Source: an uncultured Acidimicrobiia bacterium
Lineage (GTDB): Bacteria > Actinomycetota > Acidimicrobiia > Acidimicrobiales > JACDCH01
NCBI GenBank assembly: GCA_963821725.1
Contig: CAWGFA010000026.1
Coordinates: 13,906-77,905, forward strand
Length of the DNA: 64,000 nt
Direction of reading: 5' to 3'
Below the pieces are notes generated by a model. It had not been told where the DNA came from. It made no database searches and saw only the letters and a program-made list of their open reading frames with translations. Positions 7,789 through 18,357 of the stretch are shown piece after piece. A program made the position numbers and the translations under genes. Position 1 is the first letter of the stretch. Each line of letters starts with the position of its first letter.

Positions 7789-10700
7789 TCATTTGCCACA
7801 GTGGCGGCACCTTCGCGGCCACAGCACCGGAACCAGAATCTGCGGTCCGGCGACCCCTCTCAGCTCGATCTCCCGCGTCGTGCCGAACACGAGGTCGTCC
7901 GCACCGGAGAGGAGGTCACGCGTGAGCGCCGACACGAGCACCTCTCCTCCACCGGCCTGGTCCGCGATGCGCGCCGCGAGGTTGACGTGGCGGCCGAAGA
8001 GGTCGTGCTCCGCTTGCAGGGCTTCACCGGTGTGCACGCCGATCCGGACTCGGACCACCTGGCCCGGGTCGAGGTCGATCGGCCGGGCAGCGAGCGCGCG
8101 CTGGATCGCGACCGCGCACTGCACCGCTCGACGAGCGCCCGCGAACGCGAGCATGAACCCGTCACCGCGCGCCTTCACCTCGACGCCTTGATGGCGAGAC
8201 AGTTCCCCCCGAACGACCGCGTTGTGGGCCCGGAGCACCTCGAGCCAGCGGCGGTCACCGATGCGCTCGGCACTCCCGGTCGAGTCGACGATGTCGGTGA
8301 ACAGGATCGTGACCGTGCTGCCGGCCTCGACTTCGGGGAACAGCGACAACAAGTCCGGTTGATCGGTCGACACCGCGGCGGCAACGACATCGATCGAGCT
8401 GCCGACATCGGTGTGAACCGCTCCTTGGGCTTCGAGCTTCGTCGCGAGCGCGGCCTCGACGAGCATCGTCATGGCGTGCGCGCGTCCGACCTCGATGGCC
8501 TCGGTCGTGGCTCGCAGCGCCTCTTCGCGATCATCCGCACCATCACGTCGCAACAGCGCCCTTGCAACGTCGAGCTGGATCCGGGCCAGCCACGGCCGGG
8601 CGTTCATGGCCCGCGCTCGGTCTCTCCGCGTCGCACAACTGAGTGACGGCGTCATCGATCTCGCCGACGGCGAGCGCGGCCAAGCCGACGTAGCGCGTCT
8701 TCGGACCGAGGTACGCGCCGCACGCGCCGAAGATCACATTCGCGGCGAGGTCATCGCGTAGAGCCCTCTGCACGGCGGACGCCAGCTCGACGTCTTCGAT
8801 GGAGACAGCCGCCTCTGCGGCGAGGCTCAGCGTCGCGAGCGCAAATGCGTCGGTGCGCAAGGAAGGCAGCTCGGCGGCGAGCCTGGCCAGCAAGGCGGCC
8901 GACTCCTCACGCCGTCCTTGCTCGAGGCGAAGGACGGCGAGTACGCCCAGGTACATCGGCATCGTCGGCAGTTCGTCCGCCAGGGCCGTCACCGTCTCTG
9001 CGAGTGGTTCGAGGTCGGCCACGACACGCCGGGCGACGAAACGCTGCATCGCGTGTCCCTGCCGGGCGTCGACCGACGAGACTCGCTCGCCGAGCGCGAG
9101 CGATTCGTCTGCCAGCTGCAGGCCTTCCGCAAATCGGCCTTCGAGCAAGGCCTGCCATGTCTGGAACCAGTGCCGGTGCCAGAGGAACATCGGCTGTTGC
9201 AACGCTTCGGCCGCCGCCGCGAATCGTTCGATCTCAGCGTGTGCCTCGTCGATCTGGTCGAGCAGCAACAAGTTCCACGCCCGGTACAGCCGTGCGAGCG
9301 TGGCCGTGTCGCGATCCCCAGCGGCGAGGCTCGCGTCGATCGCCTCGGTCGCCATCGCGAGCTTGTTCGGCACGCCGTCGCCGGCGATCACGGCCATCAG
9401 GAGCGCGTAGCCGAGCGCACCCGGATCACCTGCGTCGCGGGCGACCTGCACTGCCTCGTCCGCGATCTCGCCCATCCGCGCGCGGTCCACGAAGTAGTGG
9501 TCGGCCGCGAGGCGACCGAGGAGCCGAGCGCGCAGCGCAGACGGCTCGCGACCGAGTGCCCCGAGCGCCTCGGCGGCAAAGGCCCGCGACTCCTCGTCGA
9601 TCACGCCGGCCTGCAATCCCGGCCGGCCGAATCCGAGCGCGGCTCGCGCCATGAGGTCGGCTTCGCCCAGCAATCGACCGATCCCGAACGCAGCGCGGAA
9701 CGCGTCCCGGGCCTGCTCGATGTCGCCTGCGCGCTTGCACGCCTGGCCGACGCGGACGATCAGCTCTGCTCGGCGACCCTCGTCGACGGGCTCGACCATC
9801 TCGAGGATCTGCGCTGCCATCGTGTAGAAGCGGGCCGCCTCCTCGTAGGCGAGGGCATCATCTGCAAGCTGCGCGGCCCGCTCGGCGTAGGACACGGCGC
9901 GGTCGACGTCGCCACCGGGCGCCGCCATGGCGAAGTGGTGCGCGAGCTCGGCCACCGCCGCCTGGTCTTCGAGCTTCGTCGTTGGTTCGAGCGCCGAGCG
10001 CGATCCTCCGGTGCAGCCGGATGCGTCGATTGAGCGTCAACTCGTCGTAGATGGTTTCGCGAATGAGCGCGTGCGCGAACGTGAACCGCGACGCTGAGCC
10101 GGTGATCTCGGAGACGAGACGCGCGCCGATCGCCTCGTCGAGCGCGCGCATGTACCTCCGCCTCGGAACGCTCGGACGCGCTGACGAGCGGCTCCAGCGA
10201 GAAGGTGCGACCACACACCGCCGCGACGGTGAGCACGTCGTTCGTCGCTTCGTCCAGGTGCTGCAGGCGGCGGCCGATGACTTCGCGGACGCCCTGCGGG
10301 ATCGTGAGGCTCCAGCGGTCGGATCGGGCGGCGTCGAGCCGTCCGTCGGTGGCGAGCAGGCGTACCACTTCCGCGAGGAAGAACGGGTTGCCTTCTGTCT
10401 CCTCGTAGACCGCCTCCGTGAGACCGACCGCAGGCGCATGGCCGGCGGTGATCTCGAGATACCGGTGGACGTCTTCGCGGGCGAGACCGTGGAGGATGAT
10501 CCTCGACGTGACGGGATGCCGCGCGAGCTCGGCCAGCGTGCCCGCGAGCGGATGGTGACGTCCGAGCTCGACGTCGCGGTACGTCGCGACCACGACGATG
10601 CGTCCGACGGTCATCTCCGCCGCCAAGTAGCGGAGAAGCAGCAGCGACGGCTCGTCGGCCCAGTGCAGATCGTCGAGCACGAGCAGCAGCGGCTGGCGCT

Positions 10701-12242
10701 GGGCTGCGTTCTTGAGGAACGCGGTGATCGAATCGAAGAGACGGAATCGGGCCTGCTCCGGCTCGAGCGCGGGTGGTGACTCGAGACCGACCACGCGGGC
10801 CGCAACCTCGGGGACGACCTGCGCGATGGCCGATGCACCCGAGCCGAGCTCGGAACGCAGGTCGTCGGGGTCTCGCTCGTGCGCATAGGACCGCACGACC
10901 TGCACCCACGGCCAGTAGGCCGGGGCGCCTTCGCTCTCGTAGCAACGACCCGTGAGCACCTGCGCGCCGCGCAGCCGCGCGTACGTCGCCAGCTCGTCGC
11001 AACAACGCGTCTTGCCGATCCCCGGCTCACCGGCGAGGAGTACGAGGCGACCGCGTCCGGACAGGGCGTCGTCGAGCGCGGTGCGTAGCCGCGTGACTTC
11101 AGCTTCTCGTCCGACGAAGACGCCGGCGGCGAGACGGTCGAGCGGGTTGGCGCCTGCACTCGCAGTCGTCGCGTCGTCGCCGCGTCCACCACGTCAGTGC
11201 CGCGCTGATCGCGACGAGTTGGGTGTGCACGATGCTCGCTTCGCCCGGCCGGTCCTCGGGGTTCTTGGCAAGGAGCGCCAGCACGAGCGATTCGAAGGCG
11301 GGCGGCACCGCGGGGTTGTGCCAGCTCGGAGCGACCGGCGCGGTGTGGAGATGCTGCGAGATCACAGCGACCGCGTCGTCTCCGACGAACGGGGGCCGAC
11401 CGGTGACCAGCTCGTAGACCATCGCGCCGAGCGAATAGAGATCGCTGCGCGGGTCGGGCAACCGGCCGATCGCCTGCTCGGGCGGAAGGTACGCGACCGT
11501 TCCCACGATCATGCCTTCCTTGGTGAGGCGTGACGACTCCGCCACCGCCGCGAGTCCGAAGTCGCCGAGCCGGGCGGTGCCGTCGTTGGTCAGCCACACG
11601 TTGCCCGGCTTCACGTCACGGTGAATGGTGTCGTGCGCGTGCGCGTGGACGAGTGCGGAGGCCACGTCGGCCGCGATCTCGCGCGGCCTGCTCGAGCGGC
11701 AGCCGGTTGTCCGGGCTGGCGCGCAGGAGCTGCTCCACGTCGCCGCCTGCGAGGTGCTCGCTGACGATGAACGGACGTCCGTCGTCGTCGCCGACGTCGT
11801 ACACGGTGACGACGTTCGGATGGTCGCCGAGCCGGCCCATCGCGCGCGTCTCACGCCGAACCCGATCGAGTCCCGCCGCATCGAGACCTTCGGTCTTGAC
11901 GATGGCGAGCGCGACCGTGCGATCGAGGCGCGTGTCGTGGGCGCGGTAGACCCGCTTCCGCGAGCCCTCACCGATGAACTGCTCGATCTGGTACCGGCCG
12001 CCGGCGAAAGCCGTGAGGCGCTCCGCGTCGAGGCTCGGGCGGGCAGCCGGAGTCTGCGGAGCCGGTAGCGGCGACGCCGTCCTCGCTGCATTGAGCGGCT
12101 TCCCGCACCGCAGGCAGAACGTGCTGCCGCTCGGATTCTCCTGGCCGCACGATGCGCACATCGGCTGGAGGGCGGTGCCGCAGTACGGGCAGTAGCGCCC
12201 GCCTTCCGGGGACGGCTGGCCGCAGCCTCGGCAGGAACTCAC
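7789..12242 (-). CDS. Multidomain signalling protein: double zinc ribbon + Ser/Thr protein kinase + AAA_16/STAND ATPase + TPR-like helical region + class III adenylate/guanylate cyclase; at least 5 frame breaks (~11687, ~11180, ~10150, ~9995, ~8625)
   Basis: - Zinc ribbon: CRGCG..CPYCG..CASCG..CLRCG.
- Kinase: HRDVKPGN, DFG, GTVAYLPPE.
- ATPase: P-loop GEPGIGKT and LVLDDLHWAD.
- Helical repeats: ORF 8543..9955.
- Cyclase: ILFTDIVDSTG...KARGDGFMLAF...IGVHTGE...GRHVNLAARI.
Pieces lie in ORFs 11616..12242, 11099..12091, the 9760..10959 frame, 9858..10439, 8543..9955 and 7789..8655. Confidence 0.8.
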
Positions 12243-13430
12243 GTCTGTTCGAGCCCGCTCATGGCGCTCTCAGAGTCGTTCACCGGCATCGGGCCGTCAA
12301 CGACCAGGCGCCATCGCGCCCCCAACGCCGTGGCGAGGGCGAGCGCGGCCACCGCGAGCAGTCCGGCGGCGGATCCGCCGAGCGCGGTCACGACCCCGAC
12401 GAGCAGCGGGCCGACGACGAAACCGAGTTGTCCCACTGCCCCGACCGCGGCCACCGCGGCCGCCGGCCGCGCGCCGACGCCGCTGCGAGCGAAGCAGGAG
12501 AGGCACCACGAGCGCACTGGCCACGGCCGCCACGGCGAGACCGACGGCGCTGACCCACGTCGAGGAAGCGCTGCATTCGATGATCAATCCCGCGGCGAGC
12601 AACCCGCTCGCCACTACGACCGGCTCCGCCCGCCGCGCGTCCGATGCGGGCACCAGCTGCAGCCGTGCTCCGACGGCAACGAGTTGCGCGACGGCATACG
12701 CGCCGGCGCCACCGACGGCTGACGTGCTGTGTTCGACGCGCAGGAAACGGACACCCCACGTGTCGACCGCGCCGGCCGCGGCGACCGCCATGAACAACAG
12801 AAGCGCGAGGTGGCGGATCGCCGGCGCCCTCAGGAGCGCCAGCACGGAGCGCATCGAAGGCGACTCGGCGCCAGGGAGCCCGGCGCGATTCTCGACTCGC
12901 GCCGCAGGGATGGCGAGCAGCGAACCCGCCACGGCGAGCGACAACCAGACGACGCGCCACGAGGCACCGACACCTTCGATGACCGCGGTGATGACCGCGC
13001 CCCCGAATGCTCCCGCGCTGTACGCCGCGTGGTAGTGCACGAACCTCCGTGTGTTCCCGGCGACGGCGTTCGCCGCGCACGCATTCAGCGTCGCGTTGAG
13101 CGCACCTGCGCCGGCGAGGACGGCGACGACTGCGACAGCGAGCGGCACGGTGGCTGGTGCGACGACTGCCGCCGCGAGCGCTGCGGTCCACAGCAGCACG
13201 ATGCGCCGCAGCGCGCCGCCCTCGCCACTGCGCTCCACGAGCGCACCGCCCGCGAGCGCCGCGCACGCACCGAGGGCGAACCCGACGGCGAGCAACGCGC
13301 CGAAGGCGCCCGGCCCGAGGCCGAGCGACTTCTGCACGTCGAGCGCGATGACGGCAAGGCTGCCGAACACCGCGCCGAACCAGGCGAACACACCGGCCAA
13401 CGGCCAGCGTGTTCGCCTGGTGGTTCTCAC
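12239..13430 (-). CDS. MFS transporter; frame break near 12500
   Basis: The hydrophobic 12-TM-like part of ORF 12297..14012 (from VRTTRRTRWPLAGVFAWFGAVFG) has its C-terminus in ORF 12239..12517. The GTG start at 13430 overlaps the methyltransferase stop (GTGA), and its stop overlaps the kinase GTG start (GTGA at 12239-12242). Confidence 0.75.
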
Positions 13431-14485
13431 GGACGCGCCTCGAGCACCAGGTTGAACGGCGTTTCCGTCGCGCGACGGAACCGGGTGAACCCTGCACCGG
13501 TGATGACGTCGCGAAGGCGAGCTTCGCCGGCCTGCGCGCCGAGCGCCGTCCCGACTTCCTGCGACATCGAGGTCGGCGTGCAGATGAACGTCGACGCCGA
13601 GTAGAAGACGCGGCCGATCGGGTTCAGGTTGTCCGCCACGCCGTCGTTGGCGAACGGCTCGACGATCATCCACGTTCCATCCGGGGCGAGTGACTGCAAC
13701 ACGTGCGCGGAGGCTCCTTCCGGATCGCCCATGTCGTGCAGGCAGTCGAAGTGGGCGACGAGGTCGTAGTCGTGACCGGGGTAGTCCTTGGCCGCAGCGA
13801 CTTCGAACGTGCAGTTGTCGGTGACGCCGGCGTCCGCGGCGCGCTTGCGCGCCTCGTCGATGGACGGACCGTGGTAGTCGAAGCCGACGAACGTCGAGTT
13901 CGGGTAGGCCTTCGCCAACACGATCGACGATGCACCGTGCCCGCATCCGACGTCGGCGACGCGTGCTCCCGCGTGGAGCTTCGCCTCGACGCCGTCCAGT
14001 GCCGGGATCCACGACTGCACGAGGTTCGCGGTGTAGCCGGGACGGAAGAAGCGCTCGACGCCCTCGAACACGCCCGGGTCGTGCTCGTGCCAGCCCACGC
14101 CCGCACCGGTGCGGAAGGCGTCGGTGATCTTCGGCTCGGCCCGCAAGGTCGAGACGATCATCTGGAACCCACCGAGCACATTTGCCGGGCTGTCATCGTT
14201 CGCCAACGCTTCGGCCTGCTCGTCCGGCAGTTCGTAGCGTTGCGTCGCGGGATCGTACGTGACGTAGCCGGAAGCGGCCTGGCCGTTGAGCCACTCCCGC
14301 ACCATGCGCTCCGTCGTGCCCGTCTTCGCCGCGAGCTCGCTCGGAGGTCAACGGGCCGGCGTGGGCCATCGCCTTGTAGAGACCGAGCTTGTCGCCGACG
14401 ACCACGAGTCCTGCCGTCAGGGCGCTACCGAGGTCGCCCACGGCCTTGCCCACGAACTCCATCAGCACTGCTTCGTCAACTGCCA
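13427..14485 (-). CDS. Class I SAM-dependent methyltransferase with N-terminal winged-helix-like domain; frame break near 14335
   Basis: ORF 13427..14305 (VADVGCGHGASSIVLAKAY...FDCLHDMGDP). The N-terminus MAVDEAVLMEFVGKAVGDLGSALTAGLVVVGDKLGLYKAMAHAGPLTS lies in the tail of ORF 14193..15500. ATG at 14485. Confidence 0.8.
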
Positions 14486-15500
14486 TCACGTTCCTCCACA
14501 TCCGAGTAGGGATGGGTCGAGTGGACCGCCGATCGCAGGCGGCCACCACGTCAGATGACACAGACTCGGCATGCAACTGTCGGTCGCCGTCGTCTCCCGC
14601 GCACAAGGTCAGGCGTCGGTCGAGGACGGCGGCGATGGTCCGTTCGCCGATACGAGCGAGTAGCGGGCTGTCCGCAGAGTTGGCGAGGTACGCGAGCGCG
14701 AGTGCAAGCCCCCATCCCCGAGCGCGCCGCCACGTGTCGTCGTCGACGTCGCCGGCCGCGTCTCGGAACACGCCCCGCTCGCCGGGCGGGAACATCATCC
14801 ACGCGAGCGACAAGTCCGTGGCAGGGTCGCCCGCAGTCAGATCGCCGAAGTCGATCACGGCCGATGGCCGACCGTCGTCCACGAGCACGTTCAGCGGATG
14901 GAGGTCGCCGTGCAACCAGACGGGGGGTCCCGTCCACTCCGGCGTCGCGAGAAGGTCGTCCCACGACGATCGCACGGCGGCGACGTCGATGACGTCCGCG
15001 ATCGCGTCGATGCGTTCGAGCACCACCGTGGCGCGATCACGCAGTGGAACGCCGCGAAACGGGTTCGCGGGCGCATCCGGCGGCGCCGGCTGGTGCAGCG
15101 CGGCCACGAACCGACCGAGCGTCGCGGCCGCATCCCGCGGGTCGGACAACGACGCCTGCTCCGCGACGACGCCCGGCAACCATCGGCACACAGTCCACGC
15201 CCACGGGTAGCCATCGCCGGCGTGGCCGCCCCGGATCGGCGCCGGTATCGGCAAGGGCAGCGTCGGCGCGAGCACGGGAAGCCATTGCAGTTCGTGCTCC
15301 ACGAGCGCCGCCGCGACAGAGCGTCTGGGAAGTCGTACGACGAGTTCGTCGCCGAGTCGGTAGATGACGTTGTCCCATCCGGATGCCACGAGCGAGAGCG
15401 GAAGCGGCGCGAGGTCGGGCATCTGCTGTTGCAACAGCGATCGGATGAGTGGTTCGTCGACGTCGACTTCGGCCTCGGGTCGGTTGCGTGAGGGGCTCAC
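14486..15500 (-). CDS. Aminoglycoside/choline-kinase-type phosphotransferase (APH family); 3' end uncertain (no stop before the methyltransferase ATG)
   Basis: ORF 14193..15500: WDNVIYRLGDELVVRLPRR...WLHGDLHPLNVLVDDGRPSAVIDFGDLTAGDP (Brenner and DFG-like motifs). The GTG start at 15500 overlaps the sigma stop (GTGA). Confidence 0.75.
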
Positions 15501-16375
15501 TCGCCGACGATCGCGATGTCGAGGTCGCCGAGTCGGCCGGGATCTGCGACCATCTCGATCTCGACGACCTTGCCGTCCTCCACGGTGAAGTCGAACACCA
15601 TCTGGGGCCGACCCCGCGAGGCCCAGACGAGGCCGGCGATGCCGTCGAGGAGCGCGACCTGCGCGGCGCGAGCGCGCCCTGAGAACGTCTCGGCGACGCC
15701 GACCGCACCGAGGATCTCACCCGGCGCTCCCGTTGCCACGGCTGCCGCGTCGGCGCGCAGCACGACATCGGGATCGAGGAGCGTGAGCAACGACTCGAAG
15801 TCGCCACCACGAGCGGCGGCGAGAAACGCGTCGACGATCTCACGCTGACGATCGGGATCCGCGCTCGACGAGTCGCCGCGTTGCACGCGACGGCGAGCGC
15901 GGCTTGCAAGCTGTCGAGTCGCGTCGGGTGAGCGACCAACGATGGCGGCGATCTCGTCGAAGGGAACGCCGAACATGTCGTGCAGGACGAACGCAAGACG
16001 CTCCGCTGGTGCGAGCGTCTCGAGCACGAGGAGCAGCGCGGGACCGACAGAATCGGCCAGCACCGCTTCGTACTCGGGGTCGATGCCGCGTTCGATCGAC
16101 TCGACGCGCTCGGGCACGTGCGCATCCCACGGCTCCTCACGGCGAGCACTGCGAGAGCGCAGCATGTCGAGACACACGCGGGCCACGACTGTCGTCAACC
16201 ATCCCCCGAGGTTGTCGACGGCGCTCGTGTCCGTTCGACTGAGCCGGATCCACGCTTCCTGCACCGCGTCGTCTGCTTCGCTGGCGGAGCCCAGCATCCG
16301 GTAGGCCACGGCTTGGAGGTGGGAGCGGTGTCCCTCGAAGCGCTCGGCGAGCAGATCACGTTCGTTCATCGTCAT
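15497..16375 (-). CDS. ECF sigma factor with C-terminal SnoaL/NTF2-like extension (ECF41/ECF56-like, SigJ/SigG type)
   Basis: Intact 292-aa ORF. Regions: 2 (AVAYRMLGSASEADDAVQEAWIRL), 4 (LAPAERLAFVLHDMFGVPFDEIAAIVGRSPDATRQLASRARRRV), and an extension (FLAAARGGDFESLLTLLDPDVVLRAD...). Confidence 0.9.
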   Translation of the reverse strand: MTMNERDLLAERFEGHRSHLQAVAYRMLGSASEADDAVQEAWIRLSRTDTSAVDNLGGWLTTVVARVCLDMLRSRSARREEPWDAHVPERVESIERGIDPEYEAVLADSVGPALLLVLETLAPAERLAFVLHDMFGVPFDEIAAIVGRSPDATRQLASRARRRVQRGDSSSADPDRQREIVDAFLAAARGGDFESLLTLLDPDVVLRADAAAVATGAPGEILGAVGVAETFSGRARAAQVALLDGIAGLVWASRGRPQMVFDFTVEDGKVVEIEMVADPGRLGDLDIAIVGE

Positions 16376-16403
16376 TCCCAGGTCGCGTGTCCGTCATAGC
16401 AGT

Positions 16404-16430
16404 GACGGATGGGACCGAGCCGGCGTGACA
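16404..16430 (-). promoter_or_regulatory. ECF41-type promoter candidate TGTCACG-N16-CGTC upstream of the sigma gene
   Basis: On the minus strand, TGTCACG is at 16430-16424, followed by a 16-nt spacer and CGTC at 16407-16404, 29 nt before the ATG at 16375. As I recall it, the reported ECF41 consensus is TGTCACA-N16-CGTC. Confidence 0.55.
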
Positions 16431-16433
16431 GCG

Positions 16434-18168
16434 TCAGTGCCCGAGCAGCGGGACGAGATCGGCGCGCACGGCGACGAACTGCGCAGCGTCGACTGCGGTG
16501 CCGGGAAGGCTGGAAGAGTCGGCGTAGAGCGGTCGGGCCGGTTCCTGGTACACGGTCTTGTAGTCGCGCGTGTACACGGGGGTCCGAGGAGTGACCCCGA
16601 GCTCGTAGATGACGTCAGGCCGCTGGACGCCGCATTCCGCTTGGTGCGAGAACCAATAGTTGTAGGACATCAACGTGCCGGCCCCGAACGACAACGGAAC
16701 GCCACCTTTTGGACAGCGGGAGAAGGCATCGCCGCTCAACTCGCCGCGATCGATGAACTTCGCGTCCGTCCCCACGCGGTCCATGAGGTAGTACGGCACC
16801 ATGCCCGCTTGGCCGCTGGCGACCGTGATCTGCCTGCCGGTCGCCGCGTGCAACCGTTCGACCACATCCTGCACGTGCGTCTCGAAGATGCCGTCGCGAA
16901 GGTGAACGCGATTCGCGCGCTCGAAGAACGGAAGGGAATCGGCTGCGGCCGGATCACCGCCGTCACCGGACGAAGCCCACAACGGCTGTCCGGTCGAATC
17001 GCTTCGTGCCACAGCGACGACGCCGAAGATCTCGATGGCGACGACTGCGCACGCGAAGAGCACACGCCGCTCGGTCCGCGCGACGGTCACGCCGGCCAGC
17101 ACCGCGCTCACGGCGAGGAACGGGACGAGCATGCGACCCGCCTCCATCCAGTCGCCACCCGCGAACACGACGAAGCCGAGCTGACACGCCGCCATGAGCC
17201 ACGCGACGAGCTCGAGGAGCGACCGCCGGGCCCGCCGTTGCAACAGCGCACCCGCAGCCACGACCGGAAGGACGAGCACCCCGGGCGCGACCAGCCAGTC
17301 CCGCAGGTACTGCAGCCCGTCGCTCGGCTCGAGACCGTTGACCTTGGCATGAACCGGCTGCGGGACGACGTCGCCGAAATAGGCCAACCGGAACACGATC
17401 ACCGCTGCAACGACACCACCCACCGCCAGGACGAGGCGCAGGGCACCGCGCCGCGGCAGTCGCTTGCCGCCCGGACGGAAGACGGGCATCCGAGGACCGA
17501 GCGCGGCGACTGCCGTCACCGCCCCGGTGAGCACGACGAGTACGACGATTCCCTCGGGCCGAACGGTTGCGTACGCGGCGATCGCGACCACCGATCCTGC
17601 GGCCGCGAGGCGTCGACGCGGGCCCGGCGACGAGCGCAGTCGCGCCGATGACCGCCAACAGGCAGCACAACGCGGCGAGTGGCGTCTCGAGGCCGCCGAA
17701 CGACCAGTAGACGAGATAGGCGCAGGTCGCCACGAACGCGCCGGCGAGCCAACCCGCACGAGGTTCGATTCGCCGGGCCAGCACGATCGCGACGACCACC
17801 GTCGCCGCGCCGCTCACGAGGCCGACGATCCATCCCGTGGCCGGCACCGACAGTGACGTCAGCCGCGAGATCGCCGCGAGCACGACGACGTGCAGCAGGC
17901 TCGAGCTCTGCTCGACCTTCTGGCCGTTGTAGTTCACCATCCTTCCCGTCGTCGCCAATGTGTGGGCCGGCCAGTAGGTCAGGTAGGCGTCGTCCCGCCC
18001 GGCCGAGCCGTAGAAGAGGCCGCCCAGCGCCAGGAGAACGGCCGGAGGCACGACGAGGACCGCGATCCGTCGTCGCCGGCTCTCGCCCGTCTGCGCATCG
18101 GCTTGGCCTCCGTCGCGAACCACCTGGGTTCGCTCACGTTCCGTCGCCACTGGCATCGTCCGCCCCAA
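16434..18168 (-). CDS. Large polytopic membrane protein, GT-C-like glycosyltransferase candidate; frame break near 17640
   Basis: ORF 16963..18168 gives the N-terminus (GRDDAYLTYWPAHTLATTGRMVNYNGQKVEQSSSLLHVV, multiple TM segments). It continues in ORF 16434..17759 with more TM segments and a soluble C-terminal domain. The DDA-aromatic motif after TM1 resembles arabinosyl/mannosyl GT-C enzymes; the family call is tentative. Confidence 0.6.
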
Positions 18169-18357
18169 CTACCCTTCGCCGCTGATGCTCTGCGTCAACA
18201 AGTGCCCCCCAGGACCACGTCGGTGCATGTTCCGGCCCGACGCTCGGGCGTCCTGTCATCGACAGGATGACAGAACGCCCAGGCGACCAACACATTCGCG
18301 CCGTCGAGCAGTCGTGTGGGTGCCGGCCGGGGTCGGGCAGCGAGGCCGCCGAGCCTG

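Noticed and set aside
5618-7822. 734-aa ORF that looks like one giant protein
   Set aside because: Only the segment 7750 to ~6835 is protein-like (alpha/beta hydrolase). The rest is Arg/Ala/Pro-rich nonsense that overlaps the glycosyltransferase, which is coded in a different frame of the same strand.
2388-12242. Pycsar/CBASS-like anti-phage module (cyclase plus cNMP-binding effector)
   Set aside because: The cNMP-binding protein ends in a Crp-type HTH rather than a TIR/TM/nuclease effector. The cyclase is embedded in a large kinase-STAND signalling protein, and the two genes are 4.7 kb apart.
14556-14565. TGACACAGAC, identical to part of one arm of the 3191-3420 array, inside the APH/methyltransferase junction
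   Set aside because: It is a single 9-10-mer with no partner arm. A chance match of this length is expected about once in a window of this size.
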